NCBI GenBank assembly: GCA_965267575.1
Contig: OZ254086.1
Location: forward strand, 3,808,001-3,872,000
Source: Calditrichales bacterium
GTDB lineage: Bacteria > Calditrichota > Calditrichia > Calditrichales > J004
Reading direction: 5' to 3'
Length of the DNA: 64,000 bases
Shown: piece after piece, positions 10,044 to 20,336 of the stretch
Numbering within the stretch: position 1 is the first letter of the stretch
Layout: each line of letters begins with the position of its first letter
Made by a program: the position numbers and the translations under genes
Notes under the pieces: model-generated
The model's input: only the letters and a program-made list of their open reading frames with translations
Told to the model about the DNA's origin: nothing
Database searches by the model: none

Positions 10044-11552
10044 GTGAATCAGATCAACTCCTACCTGCCTCACACTTTTCAACACTGGCTGACAATTGTT
10101 GCTTTAACAGCTGTCCTTTTTCTGCTTTTAATGTTTTCAATCGCACTGAGAAAATACTTTAATGTACAAGCGGAGTATACCCGTAAATTTGTGCACATCT
10201 CAGTAGGATTGGCACTTGCCGCAGCCAGCGCTTTGATAGAAGAGATTCAGCCGATCGTTTTTATTGCCATCCTGTTCACGATTGTCAATTACATTTCCAT
10301 CAAAAAGCACTTTTTCGATGCCATCCACGATGTACGCCACAGCTACGGAACAGTCTATTATCCGCTGGTGATCCTAATTGGTGCCGTTCTCTTCTGGCAC
10401 AATCAGAAATATATTTTTGTAACACTCGTACTTATCCTCTCGGTTGGAGATGCGGTTGCCGCTATTGCCGGCCAAAAAGCAAAAAACCCCTTGGCTTATA
10501 AAGTCTGGCATGATATTAAGACGCTGCAGGGCAGTACAGCCATGGCCATCAGCGCCTTTTTGATCTTTTATGGAGTTTTTATGCTGTACTTCCCCGCCGG
10601 CAGCATCTCACTTTCACCGTGGCTGGCGGCATTAAGCTGCGCCATTCCCGTAACGTTCGCCGAAGCCACTTCGAAAAACGGCTCTGACAATCTCTCCGTT
10701 GGTTTTAGTACCATGCTCTTGCTATGGGTTTTCACTACGGCGGAACCCGCAATTCAGTGGCAATTTGTGTACGCGAATGTATTTGGGTTGATTTTCGCAA
10801 TTCTGGCCGTTAAGCATCTGCTTACAGCCGGCGGGGCCATCTCGGCGTATTTGCTGGCGATTGCCGTTTACGGTAGCGGCGGGTTTAAGCTGGTTATCCC
10901 TGTGCTTGCCTTTTTTGTCAGCTCCAGCCTGCTCAGTTTTTTTAAAAAGCAACGCAAAAAGCAGATCACATCCAATTTTGAAAAAGGCTCCCGGCGTGAC
11001 GCCTTGCAGGTTTTTGCTAATGGCGGAGTTGCCGGTTTATGCGCGCTGGCGATGCTATTTTTCCCCGACCGGGAAATCCTGTTCAGCATGTTTATCGTCT
11101 CGCTGGCTGCAGCCAATGCCGATACCTGGGCAACAGAACTTGGCATTTTAAGCCCCGCCGCGCCAAGATTGGTTACCAATTTTAAGAAGGCTGAGAAGGG
11201 CAGATCCGGAGCAATTTCGCTTTTTGGAAGCATAGCGGCGCTTGCCGGTAGCTTTTTCATTGTATTTGGTGCCATATTTGTTGCGCCCTATAAGAGCTAT
11301 CTGCTTACGGAAAATATTGTATTGTTAACGCTGATCGGCTTTCTGGCGACACTCGTTGACAGCCTTATGGGTGCAACAGTGCAGGCGCAATATATCAAAG
11401 CCGACGGAACTGTCACCGAAAAAACACACGACGACGGACAACAGCTCAAACTAATTCAGGGCCATGCTCTCATAAATAATGATGTTGTTAATTTTGCCGC
11501 AATTCTAAGCGCGGTTATTATTTTAGTTGTTATCAGGATGTGTATAACCTGA
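10044..11552 (+). CDS. Fusion of phytol/dolichol-kinase-like domain and DUF92 (TMEM19) domain
   Basis: RKFVHI, GDAVAAIAG, KTLQGS, SDNL; then RDALQVFANGG, ANADTWATELG, DSLMGATVQ, NNDVVN. Confidence 0.85.
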   Translation: MNQINSYLPHTFQHWLTIVALTAVLFLLLMFSIALRKYFNVQAEYTRKFVHISVGLALAAASALIEEIQPIVFIAILFTIVNYISIKKHFFDAIHDVRHSYGTVYYPLVILIGAVLFWHNQKYIFVTLVLILSVGDAVAAIAGQKAKNPLAYKVWHDIKTLQGSTAMAISAFLIFYGVFMLYFPAGSISLSPWLAALSCAIPVTFAEATSKNGSDNLSVGFSTMLLLWVFTTAEPAIQWQFVYANVFGLIFAILAVKHLLTAGGAISAYLLAIAVYGSGGFKLVIPVLAFFVSSSLLSFFKKQRKKQITSNFEKGSRRDALQVFANGGVAGLCALAMLFFPDREILFSMFIVSLAAANADTWATELGILSPAAPRLVTNFKKAEKGRSGAISLFGSIAALAGSFFIVFGAIFVAPYKSYLLTENIVLLTLIGFLATLVDSLMGATVQAQYIKADGTVTEKTHDDGQQLKLIQGHALINNDVVNFAAILSAVIILVVIRMCIT

Positions 11553-11652
11553 AGACAGGGTTTAGCCTGCCTGTTGAAAAAGGCGTATACCATAGCTAAA
11601 TTTTTTACCTTATCATCAAAGGACAGAGAACACATTAAATTAAGGAAAATCA

Positions 11653-14274
11653 ATGCCTTATCCTTTTAAGAAGATAGAAAAAAAGTGGCAAAAGATCTGG
11701 AAAGAAGAAAAAACATTCCGCACGCCCGATAAAATCGACAGCAATAAACCGAAATATTATGTTCTTGATATGTTCCCGTATCCAAGCGGTGCCGGCCTGC
11801 ACGTGGGCCATCCGGAAGGTTACACTGCCACGGATATTATCGCGCGCTACAAACGCATGAAGGGTTTTGAAGTGCTCCACCCGATGGGCTGGGATGCGTT
11901 TGGCCTCCCCGCTGAGCAATACGCTATCGAGACCGGCACACATCCTAAGGTGACGACAGAAAAAAATATCGACCGTTTTCGCGAGCAATTGCAGGATATC
12001 GGATTCTCCTATGATTGGGACAGGGAAGTAAACACAACCGATCCCGACTACTATAAATGGACACAATGGATTTTTATTCAGCTTTATAAAAAGGGTCTCG
12101 CTTATGTGGAAGAGGTGCCGGTAAACTGGTGTCCGGCTTTGGGCACGGTTCTGGCCAATGAAGAGGTGATCGACGGCAAAAGCGAGCGGGGTGGTCATCC
12201 TGTTTACCGCCGGCCCATGCGCCAGTGGATGCTAAAAATAACCGAATATGCAGAGCGTCTGCTGCAGGATCTTGATGAACTGGACTGGCCGGAAAGCACA
12301 AAGGAGATGCAGCGCAACTGGATAGGCAAGTCCAAAGGGGCGGAAATCAGCTTTAAGGTGAAAGATCATGACAGTAAAATAGAAGTATTCACCACGCGGC
12401 CGGATACGCTGTTTGGGGCTACATATATGGTCCTGGCGCCCGAACATCCGCTTGTGGACAAAATCGTTACAGGCACCTATAAAGATGCAGTAAAAGAATA
12501 TCAGGAAAAAGCCAGCCAAAAAAGCGATCTGGAACGCACAGAGCTTGCAAAAACCAAGACCGGTGTCTTCAGCGGCGCCTACGCTGTTAATCCCGCCAAC
12601 AATAAGGAGATTCCCGTCTGGATCGCCGATTACGTTTTGATGGGCTACGGGACGGGCGCCATTATGGCCGTGCCGGGGCAGGATGAACGCGACTGGGAAT
12701 TCGCCGAAGCATATGATTTGCCTATCATACGAACAGTGCAACCGCCAAAAGATTTTACGGGTAAAGCATTTGTCGGTGAAGGACCGGCCATAAACAGCGC
12801 TTTTCTTGACGGGCTGCTCGTTGATGCCGCCAAAGAAAAAATGATCCAATGGTTGGAGGATGAGGGACTTGGTCAGCGCAAGGTAAATTACAAACTACGC
12901 GATTGGCTATTCTCGCGTCAGCGTTACTGGGGCGAGCCATTCCCGGTTTTGCACGCCGAGGACGGTTCAACACGCACGGTAGAGGAATCCGACTTGCCGG
13001 TAAAACTTCCTGAGATGGAAGATTTTAAGCCCCGGCAAAGCGCGGATAAAGAGCCACAGCCTCCGCTGGCCAATGCGCCGGAATCCTGGCGCTTTGTGGA
13101 AAAAGACGGCGTTCTCTATACGCGGGAGTTTAACACCATGCCGCAGTGGGCAGGCTCTTGCTGGTACTATTTGCGCTATATCGATCCAAACAATCCTGAA
13201 AAGATACTTACCAAGGAGAAAGAGAATTATTGGATGCCGGTTGACCTGTACGTTGGCGGAGCCGAGCATTCGGTATTGCACTTGCTCTATGCGCGTTTCT
13301 GGCACAAGGTACTTTATGATATCGGTGTCGTCTCTACAAAAGAGCCGTTCAAAAAGCTGGTTCACCAGGGCATGATCCTGGGAGAAACAGAATATACCGT
13401 CTTTTCCGACAAAAACGGCGGTCCCATATCCGCTGAACAAGCAAGCGATCTCTCTGCTGAAGAGATGGAAGCCAAGGGAATTGTGTCGCGGAAAATATCC
13501 GAAGAAGAAACTGAAAAATCCGGTGATTTCTTTATACTAAAAGATCATCCCGCGATTCGTGTAGACGCCCGGGCCCACAAAATGAGCAAGAGCAGGGGAA
13601 ACGTGATTAATCCCGACGAGATTATCGGAAATTACGGAGCCGACACGCTGCGTCTCTACGAAATGTTTATGGGTCCGCTGGAAGCAATAAAACCCTGGAG
13701 CATGAACGGCGTGGAGGGTGTGTACCGCTTTCTTAGCCGTGTATGGCGTCTCTTTATTGAAGACAGGAGCGAAAAGCTAAATAGCCATATTGTTGAAAAA
13801 AAGCCGGACAAAGAACAGCTGTCGGAGCTGCACAAAGCGATCAAAAAAATTACTGAGGATATAGAAAACCTGCGCTTTAACACGGCCATTTCAGCGATGA
13901 TGATTTTTGTTAATGAAGCGTATAAGTGGCCGGAAATACCGAAATCTGTTTTGCACGACTTTTTGGTCATCGTCAATCCATTTGCGCCGCATCTTACAGA
14001 AGAGCTTTGGCAGCGTCTCGGATTTGAACAAACTATTGCCGCCCAAAACTGGCCGGTGTATGACGAGAAATATTTACAGGTAGATGAAACCGAATGGGTT
14101 ATCCAGATTAACGGCAAGATCCGTGAAAAGATGATGGCTTCGGTACAGCTGGAAAAAGAAGATGCCGAGAAGATGGCCAAAAATTTTGGCCGCATGCCGG
14201 AGCTTCTGGAAGGCAAAACGGTGCGCAAGGTGATTGTTGTACCCGGCAAGCTTGTAAATATCGTCGCCAATTAA
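11653..14274 (+). CDS. leuS: Leucine-tRNA ligase
   Basis: [14 protein letters not shown], editing domain ([16 protein letters not shown]), KMSKS. Confidence 0.98.
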   Translation: MPYPFKKIEKKWQKIWKEEKTFRTPDKIDSNKPKYYVLDMFPYPSGAGLHVGHPEGYTATDIIARYKRMKGFEVLHPMGWDAFGLPAEQYAIETGTHPKVTTEKNIDRFREQLQDIGFSYDWDREVNTTDPDYYKWTQWIFIQLYKKGLAYVEEVPVNWCPALGTVLANEEVIDGKSERGGHPVYRRPMRQWMLKITEYAERLLQDLDELDWPESTKEMQRNWIGKSKGAEISFKVKDHDSKIEVFTTRPDTLFGATYMVLAPEHPLVDKIVTGTYKDAVKEYQEKASQKSDLERTELAKTKTGVFSGAYAVNPANNKEIPVWIADYVLMGYGTGAIMAVPGQDERDWEFAEAYDLPIIRTVQPPKDFTGKAFVGEGPAINSAFLDGLLVDAAKEKMIQWLEDEGLGQRKVNYKLRDWLFSRQRYWGEPFPVLHAEDGSTRTVEESDLPVKLPEMEDFKPRQSADKEPQPPLANAPESWRFVEKDGVLYTREFNTMPQWAGSCWYYLRYIDPNNPEKILTKEKENYWMPVDLYVGGAEHSVLHLLYARFWHKVLYDIGVVSTKEPFKKLVHQGMILGETEYTVFSDKNGGPISAEQASDLSAEEMEAKGIVSRKISEEETEKSGDFFILKDHPAIRVDARAHKMSKSRGNVINPDEIIGNYGADTLRLYEMFMGPLEAIKPWSMNGVEGVYRFLSRVWRLFIEDRSEKLNSHIVEKKPDKEQLSELHKAIKKITEDIENLRFNTAISAMMIFVNEAYKWPEIPKSVLHDFLVIVNPFAPHLTEELWQRLGFEQTIAAQNWPVYDEKYLQVDETEWVIQINGKIREKMMASVQLEKEDAEKMAKNFGRMPELLEGKTVRKVIVVPGKLVNIVAN

Positions 14275-14301
14275 AAATTAAAATACTCCAGGCTTTTTAA
14301 G

Positions 14302-14348
14302 AGCCTGTTGCTGGTAACGCACACCGGCAGCAGGCTTTTTTTATTTTT
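14302..14348 (+). terminator. Intrinsic terminator of leuS
   Basis: agcctgttgctggt...accggcagcaggct followed by a T run. Confidence 0.8.
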
Positions 14349-14473
14349 GTTCAGCCAAATAGTCACACATCTATTCCAAATATAATTATCCACACCCGCC
14401 ACACAACACAAGACCTAAGTCACAAAATAACAAGTACTTATAGAAATGACGGTGACGCTGCTTATCTTATAAT

Positions 14474-14501
14474 TTGTTGTATAATATACATAACGTTTAT
14501 T
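14474..14501 (+). other. attL: dif-like site with degenerate XerD arm
   Basis: TTGTTGTATAA-TATACA-TAACGTTTATT; left arm and spacer identical to the right-hand site. Confidence 0.85.
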
Positions 14502-14595
14502 GCGTTAATTGCGTGCTTTAAGTCTATTCTTTACAACAACTTATCCTTTGACAAATAACGGTTTTTGCGGTTAGCTGCCGGGCCGGACCTACTTC

Positions 14596-14868
14596 ATGAG
14601 TATAGTGAGGTGGTGTATTGTGTATAAAATTACATTGTATTTGACTATTGACGGCGAGGGTAAGAACGACGCGGAGGCGCGGCGCCTGGTAACCAATTTT
14701 GTGGAAACGGTTAACGAAAACAGGCTGCATTTAACCGAGCGTGACCAGCGTGAGCTGCAAACCATCGTCCAGGTGTACAACCGCGGACTAACCAACGTGG
14801 ATGACCTGGCCGATGAGCTGCATGTTTTATTGGACAGGATCTGCGAAGCGAGCGAGGTGTTGGTATGA
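14596..14868 (+). CDS. Phage hypothetical protein
   Basis: First ORF inside attL, overlaps the next gene (ATGA). Confidence 0.55.
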   Translation: MSIVRWCIVYKITLYLTIDGEGKNDAEARRLVTNFVETVNENRLHLTERDQRELQTIVQVYNRGLTNVDDLADELHVLLDRICEASEVLV

Positions 14869-15203
14869 CATTAAGTTTCGAATTTCGCAGGGCGGCTATT
14901 TTTGTAACCTTCTGGGCCATTATGGACAGGTTGCGCGAGCTGCCTTTATTCTGGACGCATGAAACGTGGATTGGCTGGCCGTGGATGCTTACAACCAACG
15001 GGCCGCATGCCTGGTTGTGGGTTTTCCAGGACGGATATCATTTTTTTAAGTGGCTGCCGGTGCTGGTGTTTTGCATGATATTTACGCCCTGGGATGACCA
15101 GTGGGGCAAGAATGTTTTCCGATTGATGGCGTTGTGGATGCTGTGGCAGATATTCGGCCAGCTGTTTGTTACGTTTGAATTTGCGCAGAACTGGTACTTT
15201 TAA
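14865..15203 (+). CDS. Phage Trp-rich membrane protein
   Basis: gaggtg RBS, hydrophobic segments, DGYHFFK motif. Confidence 0.6.
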   Translation: MTLSFEFRRAAIFVTFWAIMDRLRELPLFWTHETWIGWPWMLTTNGPHAWLWVFQDGYHFFKWLPVLVFCMIFTPWDDQWGKNVFRLMALWMLWQIFGQLFVTFEFAQNWYF

Positions 15204-15282
15204 TTGATAGCGGTCGCGGGGTGTATTGTGTTTGGATACGGGTATGCCCGTGTGGCCGCTTTTTTTAAAGTTGGCGGATTGA

Positions 15283-15513
15283 ATGAACAATTCTGTTGGG
15301 CTTAACAAGATTATTGACGAGCGCCAGTGGTGGCCGGAGGATGCGTGGCCGGAGGTGGATAAGGTGCTGGAGAATCCGGGGGTGAGCTATTGGTTTGATA
15401 GTTATCACGGGCGGATACGCCTGGAGCCGGGGGATTACATTTTGACGGTGGCCGGCGGACATAAGATTGTGTTCCGGTTGAATAAGGGGATACAGAGGGT
15501 TGGAAAACTTTAG
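15283..15513 (+). CDS. Phage hypothetical protein
   Basis: 76-aa ORF co-oriented within the early operon. Confidence 0.55.
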   Translation: MNNSVGLNKIIDERQWWPEDAWPEVDKVLENPGVSYWFDSYHGRIRLEPGDYILTVAGGHKIVFRLNKGIQRVGKL

Positions 15514-15522
15514 GAGGCGTAA

Positions 15523-16343
15523 AGTGGGTAAATCTAAAATTGAGTGGACGGACTATAGGTGGAACCCGGTAACGGGTTGTGATAAGGTATCCGAAGGGTG
15601 CCGGAATTGTTATGCGGGCAGGCTGGCCGAGACGCGGTTGAAGCATTTGCCGCAGTACCGTGATGGTTTTTATGGCAACGTGCAGATGCATCCTCACAAG
15701 CTGGATGAGCCGTTGCGCTGGAAAAAGCCGCGTATGGTTTTTGTCAACAGTATGAGCGATCTGTTTCACGAAAATATACCTTTTCATTTTATTGATAGGG
15801 TAATGACCACGATCAAAGCGGCAGAACAGCATACATTTCAAATACTTACAAAACGACCTGAAAGAGCCGTGGATTATTTTAATCATGCGGACGAATTGTA
15901 TAGCCACCTTGATAATGTGTGGCTGGGTGTGAGCGTGGAGAACCAGCACGCGGCAAACGAGCGCATACCGGAGCTTTTGCAGACGCCGGCAGCGGTGCGT
16001 TTTGTGAGTGCCGAGCCGTTGTTGGGCGCTATGCGTTTGGATGCTATAAAATAGTCTTACGCACCATATTGATGCGTTAAACGGAAGAAGTGTTTGGCAC
16101 GGCAGCAATATTGATTTGTTTGGCGGTCCTTGTCAAAAGCTTGATTGGGTGATTGTTGGCGGGGAGAGCGGGCCAAATGCGCGGCCTATGCACCCGGATT
16201 GGGTGCGCGGTATCAGGGACCAGTGCCAGGTTGCCGGCGTGCCGTTTTTCTTTAAGCAGTGGGGAAGATACGCGCCTAACCGCATGCTGGATGGCCGCGA
16301 GTGGAATGAAATGCCGGAGGTGAGTTATGAGCCGCTTGCGTGA
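15523..16343 (+). pseudogene. DUF5131 (phage Gp37/Gp68) family protein split by a frameshift
   Basis: SKIEWTD..WNPVTGC.KVSEGC.NCYA, FVNSMSDLFHE, LTKRPER, FVSAEPLLG end at TAG 16052-16054; [28 protein letters not shown] continues in another frame. Confidence 0.8.
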
Positions 16344-16623
16344 TGAAATTGCGATTTTTTTAAGGCAGAACCCCGGGCAGTATAAGGGGATTGATGTGGC
16401 CCGGCGCTTTGGCTGGCAGACGAATTACGTCTACAGCGTCAACAAGGAGATGGGCGGCAATTACCTGCGCAAGGTGTTGGGCAACAAGTCGCGCAGTTTG
16501 AGCCAGCTGGTGGCGGAGCCGCTGGAGGAGTGCAAGCTGCCGGCGCAGCGCATACGTGTTGTAAACGCCGATGGCTCGGTAGAGGAGAAGCAAATCGAGC
16601 GGAAGGTGTGGCGTGAAATTTGA
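16327..16623 (+). CDS. Phage hypothetical protein, possible HTH
   Basis: ggagg [18 protein letters not shown] is helix-turn-helix-like. Confidence 0.6.
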   Translation: MSRLRDEIAIFLRQNPGQYKGIDVARRFGWQTNYVYSVNKEMGGNYLRKVLGNKSRSLSQLVAEPLEECKLPAQRIRVVNADGSVEEKQIERKVWREI

Positions 16624-16774
16624 CCATGTGTGGTTTTGGAAAAAGCGATTGGGCCGGTACAAGGGCCGCCGCTGCCGTGTGCTGGCGCGGGGGAGGATGA
16701 ACAGCATCCTGGTGGAGTTTGATGACGGCTATAAGGTGATCACCAGCAGGTATGCGGTAAGGAGGAAAAGATGA
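16613..16774 (+). CDS. Small basic phage protein (53 aa)
   Basis: Read directly: [53 protein letters not shown]; overlaps both neighbours. Confidence 0.6.
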   Translation: MKFDHVWFWKKRLGRYKGRRCRVLARGRMNSILVEFDDGYKVITSRYAVRRKR

Positions 16775-16944
16775 AGACGTTTATAAATATTATGGCCGTT
16801 ATTTTTATCGTGGTGGCTTTTGGGGTGTGGGGTTATATGTTGTTTAATATCCCGGAAAATGACTTTGTGTTTATGATCGGATGGATTATGCCCATGTTTT
16901 TAATTGTGATAGCAGTGGGCTTAATGACATCGAATAATGTTTAA
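16771..16944 (+). CDS. Small two-TM phage membrane protein (57 aa)
   Basis: aggagg RBS, ATGA overlap, two hydrophobic helices. Confidence 0.55.
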   Translation: MKTFINIMAVIFIVVAFGVWGYMLFNIPENDFVFMIGWIMPMFLIVIAVGLMTSNNV

Positions 16945-17010
16945 TGGTATTGAGAGTAAGCACCCGGACTGGAATGAATAATTCTGAAAAAAGGATGAAC
17001 AGGAAACGGG

Positions 17011-17757
17011 ATGGATGAACCGAAAAGGAACGGGCAGGCGGATCTGGACCATGGTTTTACGCGCATCGCGAATGAGTTGCTGGAGGCGATGTGCGCGATG
17101 AAGTTGCCAGGGGAGGCGCAACGAGTTTTTTTGGCAATCGTGAGGCTAACCTACGGGTGGAAAAGAAGTGAATCCATTATTGGTTACAGTCAGTTGCAAA
17201 AGATGACAAATTTACATCGCAGGAGCGTCCGGCGGGCGGTTGAAACATTGTATATTAACAACGTTATCACTGTGCGCATATACGCGCACCCTATGCGCAA
17301 TAATGCGCACCCCCCCGCTAACAGCGATTTTAGGATGTATAAAATCAATAAAAACACTGCTTTATGGGGTCAAAAAGATGATCAAAACGGGGGTATGCGC
17401 AATAACGCGCACCCTATGCGCATATATGCGCACCCCCTATGCGCACATATGCGCACCCTTAAAAGATATAATATTAAAGAAAGCGCGGGGGACGCGCGCG
17501 CGCATGAGGGTGGTGTTGATTATGAACATCCGTTGCAGGAGTTCATAGCGACACATGAGAGTTTTGAGAAACTAAGAACGATGCCCCAGCAGATTTCTAA
17601 ATTGGATTGCGAATATATCGTGGATAAGTATGAAATCGGAATGATTAAGCGGGTGCTGGAGCAGATGGAGAATAAGTTCGATCAGTATTTGAGTAGGTCC
17701 AGGAGCGTGGGGGCGAGTTTGAAGCGCTGGCTGGAAGTGGAGGCGGGGAGAAAATAA
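17011..17757 (+). CDS. Phage replication initiator (lambda O-like N-terminus)
   Basis: ADLDHGFTRIANELLEA...RVFLAIVRLTYGW; internal iterons; upstream of a DnaB-like helicase. Confidence 0.88.
   Translation: MDEPKRNGQADLDHGFTRIANELLEAMCAMKLPGEAQRVFLAIVRLTYGWKRSESIIGYSQLQKMTNLHRRSVRRAVETLYINNVITVRIYAHPMRNNAHPPANSDFRMYKINKNTALWGQKDDQNGGMRNNAHPMRIYAHPLCAHMRTLKRYNIKESAGDARAHEGGVDYEHPLQEFIATHESFEKLRTMPQQISKLDCEYIVDKYEIGMIKRVLEQMENKFDQYLSRSRSVGASLKRWLEVEAGRK
17273..17458 (+). repeat. Iteron cluster (putative phage ori) inside the initiator gene
   Basis: Five copies of TGCGCA-N3-AYGCGCACCC in groups of 2 and 3, with AT-rich spacer and flank. Confidence 0.8.
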
Positions 17758-17891
17758 CGGGCGTCCAGATTTGATAATTTAGGAAGGGTTGAAAGATGGC
17801 AGATAATTTAAGTAATGACAAGCACGCCGTTAATTAACTAAAATATTAATTTGTGGGCTCGTGAAGCGTCCGCTACAACACGGGGGTTAGC

Positions 17892-18101
17892 ATGGAATTT
17901 ATTGATTTATTATTAGATAATGGTGAGTTAGTAAGGCTTGAGCATAAAGAAGAATATATTGACCAAATATGGGAAGAAATTGAGAACGCAATGAAGCGTG
18001 GTGACTGGTTTCCTGTGCGAATTTACGAAGGAACATCTGCAACATACATGGGGCATTTAATTGACCGTGTAAATATGAAAAGAGTAGTTGCCATACTTTA
18101 A
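17892..18101 (+). CDS. Cassette-borne hypothetical protein
   Basis: AT-rich 69-aa ORF bounded by GTTAGCAT (17886) and ATGCTAAC (18103-18110). Confidence 0.7.
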   Translation: MEFIDLLLDNGELVRLEHKEEYIDQIWEEIENAMKRGDWFPVRIYEGTSATYMGHLIDRVNMKRVVAIL

Positions 18102-18106
18102 AATGC

Positions 18107-18195
18107 TAACGGTTGGCATAACCGGAGCCGACCTAAACCAATAACCTTGCGGATTGCCAAGCGATGTAGGCTTCCGCGTTAATGCCGTTTGTTAG
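18107..18195. repeat. attC-like hairpin site B
   Basis: TAAC-ggtt-GGCAT-AAC-CGG-AGCC...GGCT-(T)-CCG-(C)-GTT-(A)-ATGCC-gttt-GTTAG: imperfect inverted repeat with three extrahelical bases. Confidence 0.8.
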
Positions 18196-18216
18196 ACGGC
18201 GATTGGAGTTAATAAG

Positions 18217-18474
18217 ATGCCAAAATTCAGGAAAAAGCCAGTAATTATTGAAGCAATACAATTTACTATGAAGGATATGAATATCACGGATATTTCAAAA
18301 TTTACAAAAAATAAGGCTTCATTCATGCGAAAAGACGAACATCCGGTTTGCGTAATCCCGACATTAGAAGGCGATATGATTGCCAGTATTGGCGATTGGA
18401 TTATCAAGGGCGTTAAAGGTGAATTTTACCCTTGTAAGCCAGATATATTTAAACAAACATACGAAGCCGTATAA
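18217..18474 (+). CDS. Cassette-borne conserved phage protein
   Basis: KFRKKPVIIEAIQF...TLEGDM..GDWIIKGVKGEFYPCKPDIFKQTYE; its stop is the TAA of the next TAAC site. Confidence 0.8.
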   Translation: MPKFRKKPVIIEAIQFTMKDMNITDISKFTKNKASFMRKDEHPVCVIPTLEGDMIASIGDWIIKGVKGEFYPCKPDIFKQTYEAV

Positions 18475-18493
18475 CAAGTATTAGGTGGAAAAT
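18472..18493. repeat. attI-like fixed site F1 (partial copy, runs into helicase start)
   Basis: taacaagtattaggtggaaaat, one mismatch to F2/F3. Confidence 0.75.
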
Positions 18494-19736
18494 GAGCAAC
18501 ATACGGGTATTGCCTCACGATGGCGAGGTGGAGGTGGCGGTTTTGGGCGCCATGTGCATCGGGGATATGGATGCGGCGCTGCTGGTGAGCGAGAAGCTGT
18601 CGGTGAATGATTTTTACCATAGCAAGCATAAGGATTTGTTTGAGATTTTTAGCGCCCTTGTAACGGAGGGCGTGGAGCCGGATGTGACGGTGGTAAACGC
18701 GCGCATCAAGAGCCATGACCGTTTAAGCCTGGCGGATGTGGTACCGGTTTTTGATGTGTTTACGGCAGCGAACCTTGAGCAGAATATCCAGACGATCAAA
18801 AATTACGCGCATTTGCGGCGTATAATTCGAACGAGCCAGGATGCAATCGACCAGGCTTTTGAGGCTGATGTGAATGCGGCCGCTGTTGTGCAGAATATAG
18901 AGCGGGAGATTTTTCAGCTGAGCGAGAGGGAAAGCAACAGCCGCCATATTACCGGCTGGATGGACCCGCTGATTGAGGATTTTGACCGCTTTACGCGCAG
19001 TGATGTGCGTTGCGGCATTGGCGATATCGATGAGAAACTGATGTGGCATTACGGCTTGATGTATGTGATCGCCGGCGCACCGGGCAGCGGTAAGAGCAGT
19101 TTTGTGAACCAGGTGCTGGCGACGATTAGCCGTGAGGTTCCGGTGCTTTATTTTAGCCAGGAGATGATTGGCGAGATGGTGGCTTTGCGCGTGGGGCTGA
19201 GTGAGGGCGATAAGGAGCTGCCGGGTATGTACGATCGCTGGCATGACGGTATGGAGCGTTTGAAGACGCGGCGCTTTTTTGTGGATGACAGCAGCAGCCT
19301 TACGATGCAGCAGTTGCGGGCGAAGGCGTTGCGGGCTATCCGTCGCGATGGGGTGAAGGTGTTTGCGGTGGATTACCTGCAGCTGGCTACGGGGCCGGGC
19401 GATAACCAGATGGAGCGCGAGACGAATCTGAGTAAGGGTATCGCGGCGCTGGCGAAGGAGACGCGCACGCTGTGGCTGGTGATTTCGCAGTTGCGCAAGG
19501 AGGGTTACGTGGAGGGTAAGCGTCCGAGCATGGCGGATTTGCGGGGTTCGGGGCAGATTGTACAGGACGCCCGGGGGATTTATTTTTTGTATCTTGCGGA
19601 TGAGGCGCAGGAGAACCAGGTGACGTTTTATTGCGAGAAGCAGAACCTGGGCGCTGCGCACTGGAAAAGGAGTTTGTATTTTGACAGGCAGTTTAACCGC
19701 TTTGCTAATTTGAGCAAGCGAAATGCGTTTTTTTAA
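18492..19736 (+). CDS. Phage DnaB-like replicative helicase
   Basis: LPHDGEVEVAVLG N-domain, GAPGSGKS Walker A, VDYLQL, ISQLR, DLRGSGQIVQDA. Confidence 0.92.
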   Translation: MSNIRVLPHDGEVEVAVLGAMCIGDMDAALLVSEKLSVNDFYHSKHKDLFEIFSALVTEGVEPDVTVVNARIKSHDRLSLADVVPVFDVFTAANLEQNIQTIKNYAHLRRIIRTSQDAIDQAFEADVNAAAVVQNIEREIFQLSERESNSRHITGWMDPLIEDFDRFTRSDVRCGIGDIDEKLMWHYGLMYVIAGAPGSGKSSFVNQVLATISREVPVLYFSQEMIGEMVALRVGLSEGDKELPGMYDRWHDGMERLKTRRFFVDDSSSLTMQQLRAKALRAIRRDGVKVFAVDYLQLATGPGDNQMERETNLSKGIAALAKETRTLWLVISQLRKEGYVEGKRPSMADLRGSGQIVQDARGIYFLYLADEAQENQVTFYCEKQNLGAAHWKRSLYFDRQFNRFANLSKRNAFF

Positions 19737-19748
19737 AGGTTGAGGATA

Positions 19749-19918
19749 ATGACAAATTTTAAACTTGAATATGATAAAAATTATGGAACAGAACAAAGAA
19801 CAGGATGGACTATTGTTATACAGGGATCCGTAGCAGCCGAACTTGAAAGGTTTTTAATATAATAAAGGCTTTCTATGAATATTGGTTTGTGTGGGATAGA
19901 GATTACAGGAATTTATAA
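19749..19918 (+). pseudogene. Frameshifted small AT-rich ORF remnant (probable decayed cassette gene)
   Basis: MTNFKLEY...RFLI stops at 19862; IKAFYEYWFVWDRDYRNL continues in another frame to the TAA of TAAC 19916. Confidence 0.4.
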
Positions 19919-20016
19919 CGATAAGGGTAACGCGCCGTAGAAAGCGGCGCACAGGAGGTTGATATGAACGACAAAGCAGAACCGCTTTCTACGGTCGCTG
20001 TTAACCCGCTTGTTAG
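19916..20016. repeat. attC-like hairpin site C
   Basis: TAAC-gataa-GGGT-AAC-GCG-CCGTAGAAAGCGG-[loop with aggagg and ATG]-CCGCTTTCTACGG-(T)-CGC-(T)-GTT-(A)-ACCC-gctt-GTTAG. Confidence 0.85.
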
Positions 20017-20284
20017 CTTGGATGCTATATACCAAGCGATTTGCAAATTTATAGCAGAAACCGGACGTGAGCCGAGAAAGATACACCTGACCAAGCACGA
20101 AATTGCCTGCCTGAACCGGCAGGTTCGGGAGCACTTGATAGCAGACCGAGAGCGCGACCTGAAAGAACGATTGCGCCCCGACCTGCTGCCGCCAATGCGC
20201 GAACACCATGACATTACCTATCACGACTATGTGTATGGGGTGCAGATTGTACCAAGTGAGACTGGCGGGCATCTATCAGGCTAA
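19964..20284 (+). CDS. Cassette-borne hypothetical protein starting inside hairpin C
   Basis: RBS and ATG in the hairpin loop; stop is the TAA of site F2. Confidence 0.72.
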   Translation: MNDKAEPLSTVAVNPLVSLDAIYQAICKFIAETGREPRKIHLTKHEIACLNRQVREHLIADRERDLKERLRPDLLPPMREHHDITYHDYVYGVQIVPSETGGHLSG

Positions 20285-20317
20285 CATGTATTAGGTGGAA
20301 AATTTTCCATATAACAC
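20282..20317. repeat. attI-like fixed site F2
   Basis: taacatgtattaggtggaaaattttccatataacac, 36/36 identical to 26370-26405. Confidence 0.85.
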
Positions 20318-20336
20318 TCAAAAAACGGAGGCAACC

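Noticed and set aside
17273..17458. Possible CRISPR array
   Set aside because: Units are adjacent without unique spacers, lie inside a CDS, and no cas genes are present.
18723..19796. Long minus-strand ORFs in the prophage (also 20214-21005, 23201-24190, 35061-36041, 36967-37881, 50462-51400)
   Set aside because: Antisense shadows of well-supported + strand genes, with no motifs or RBS.
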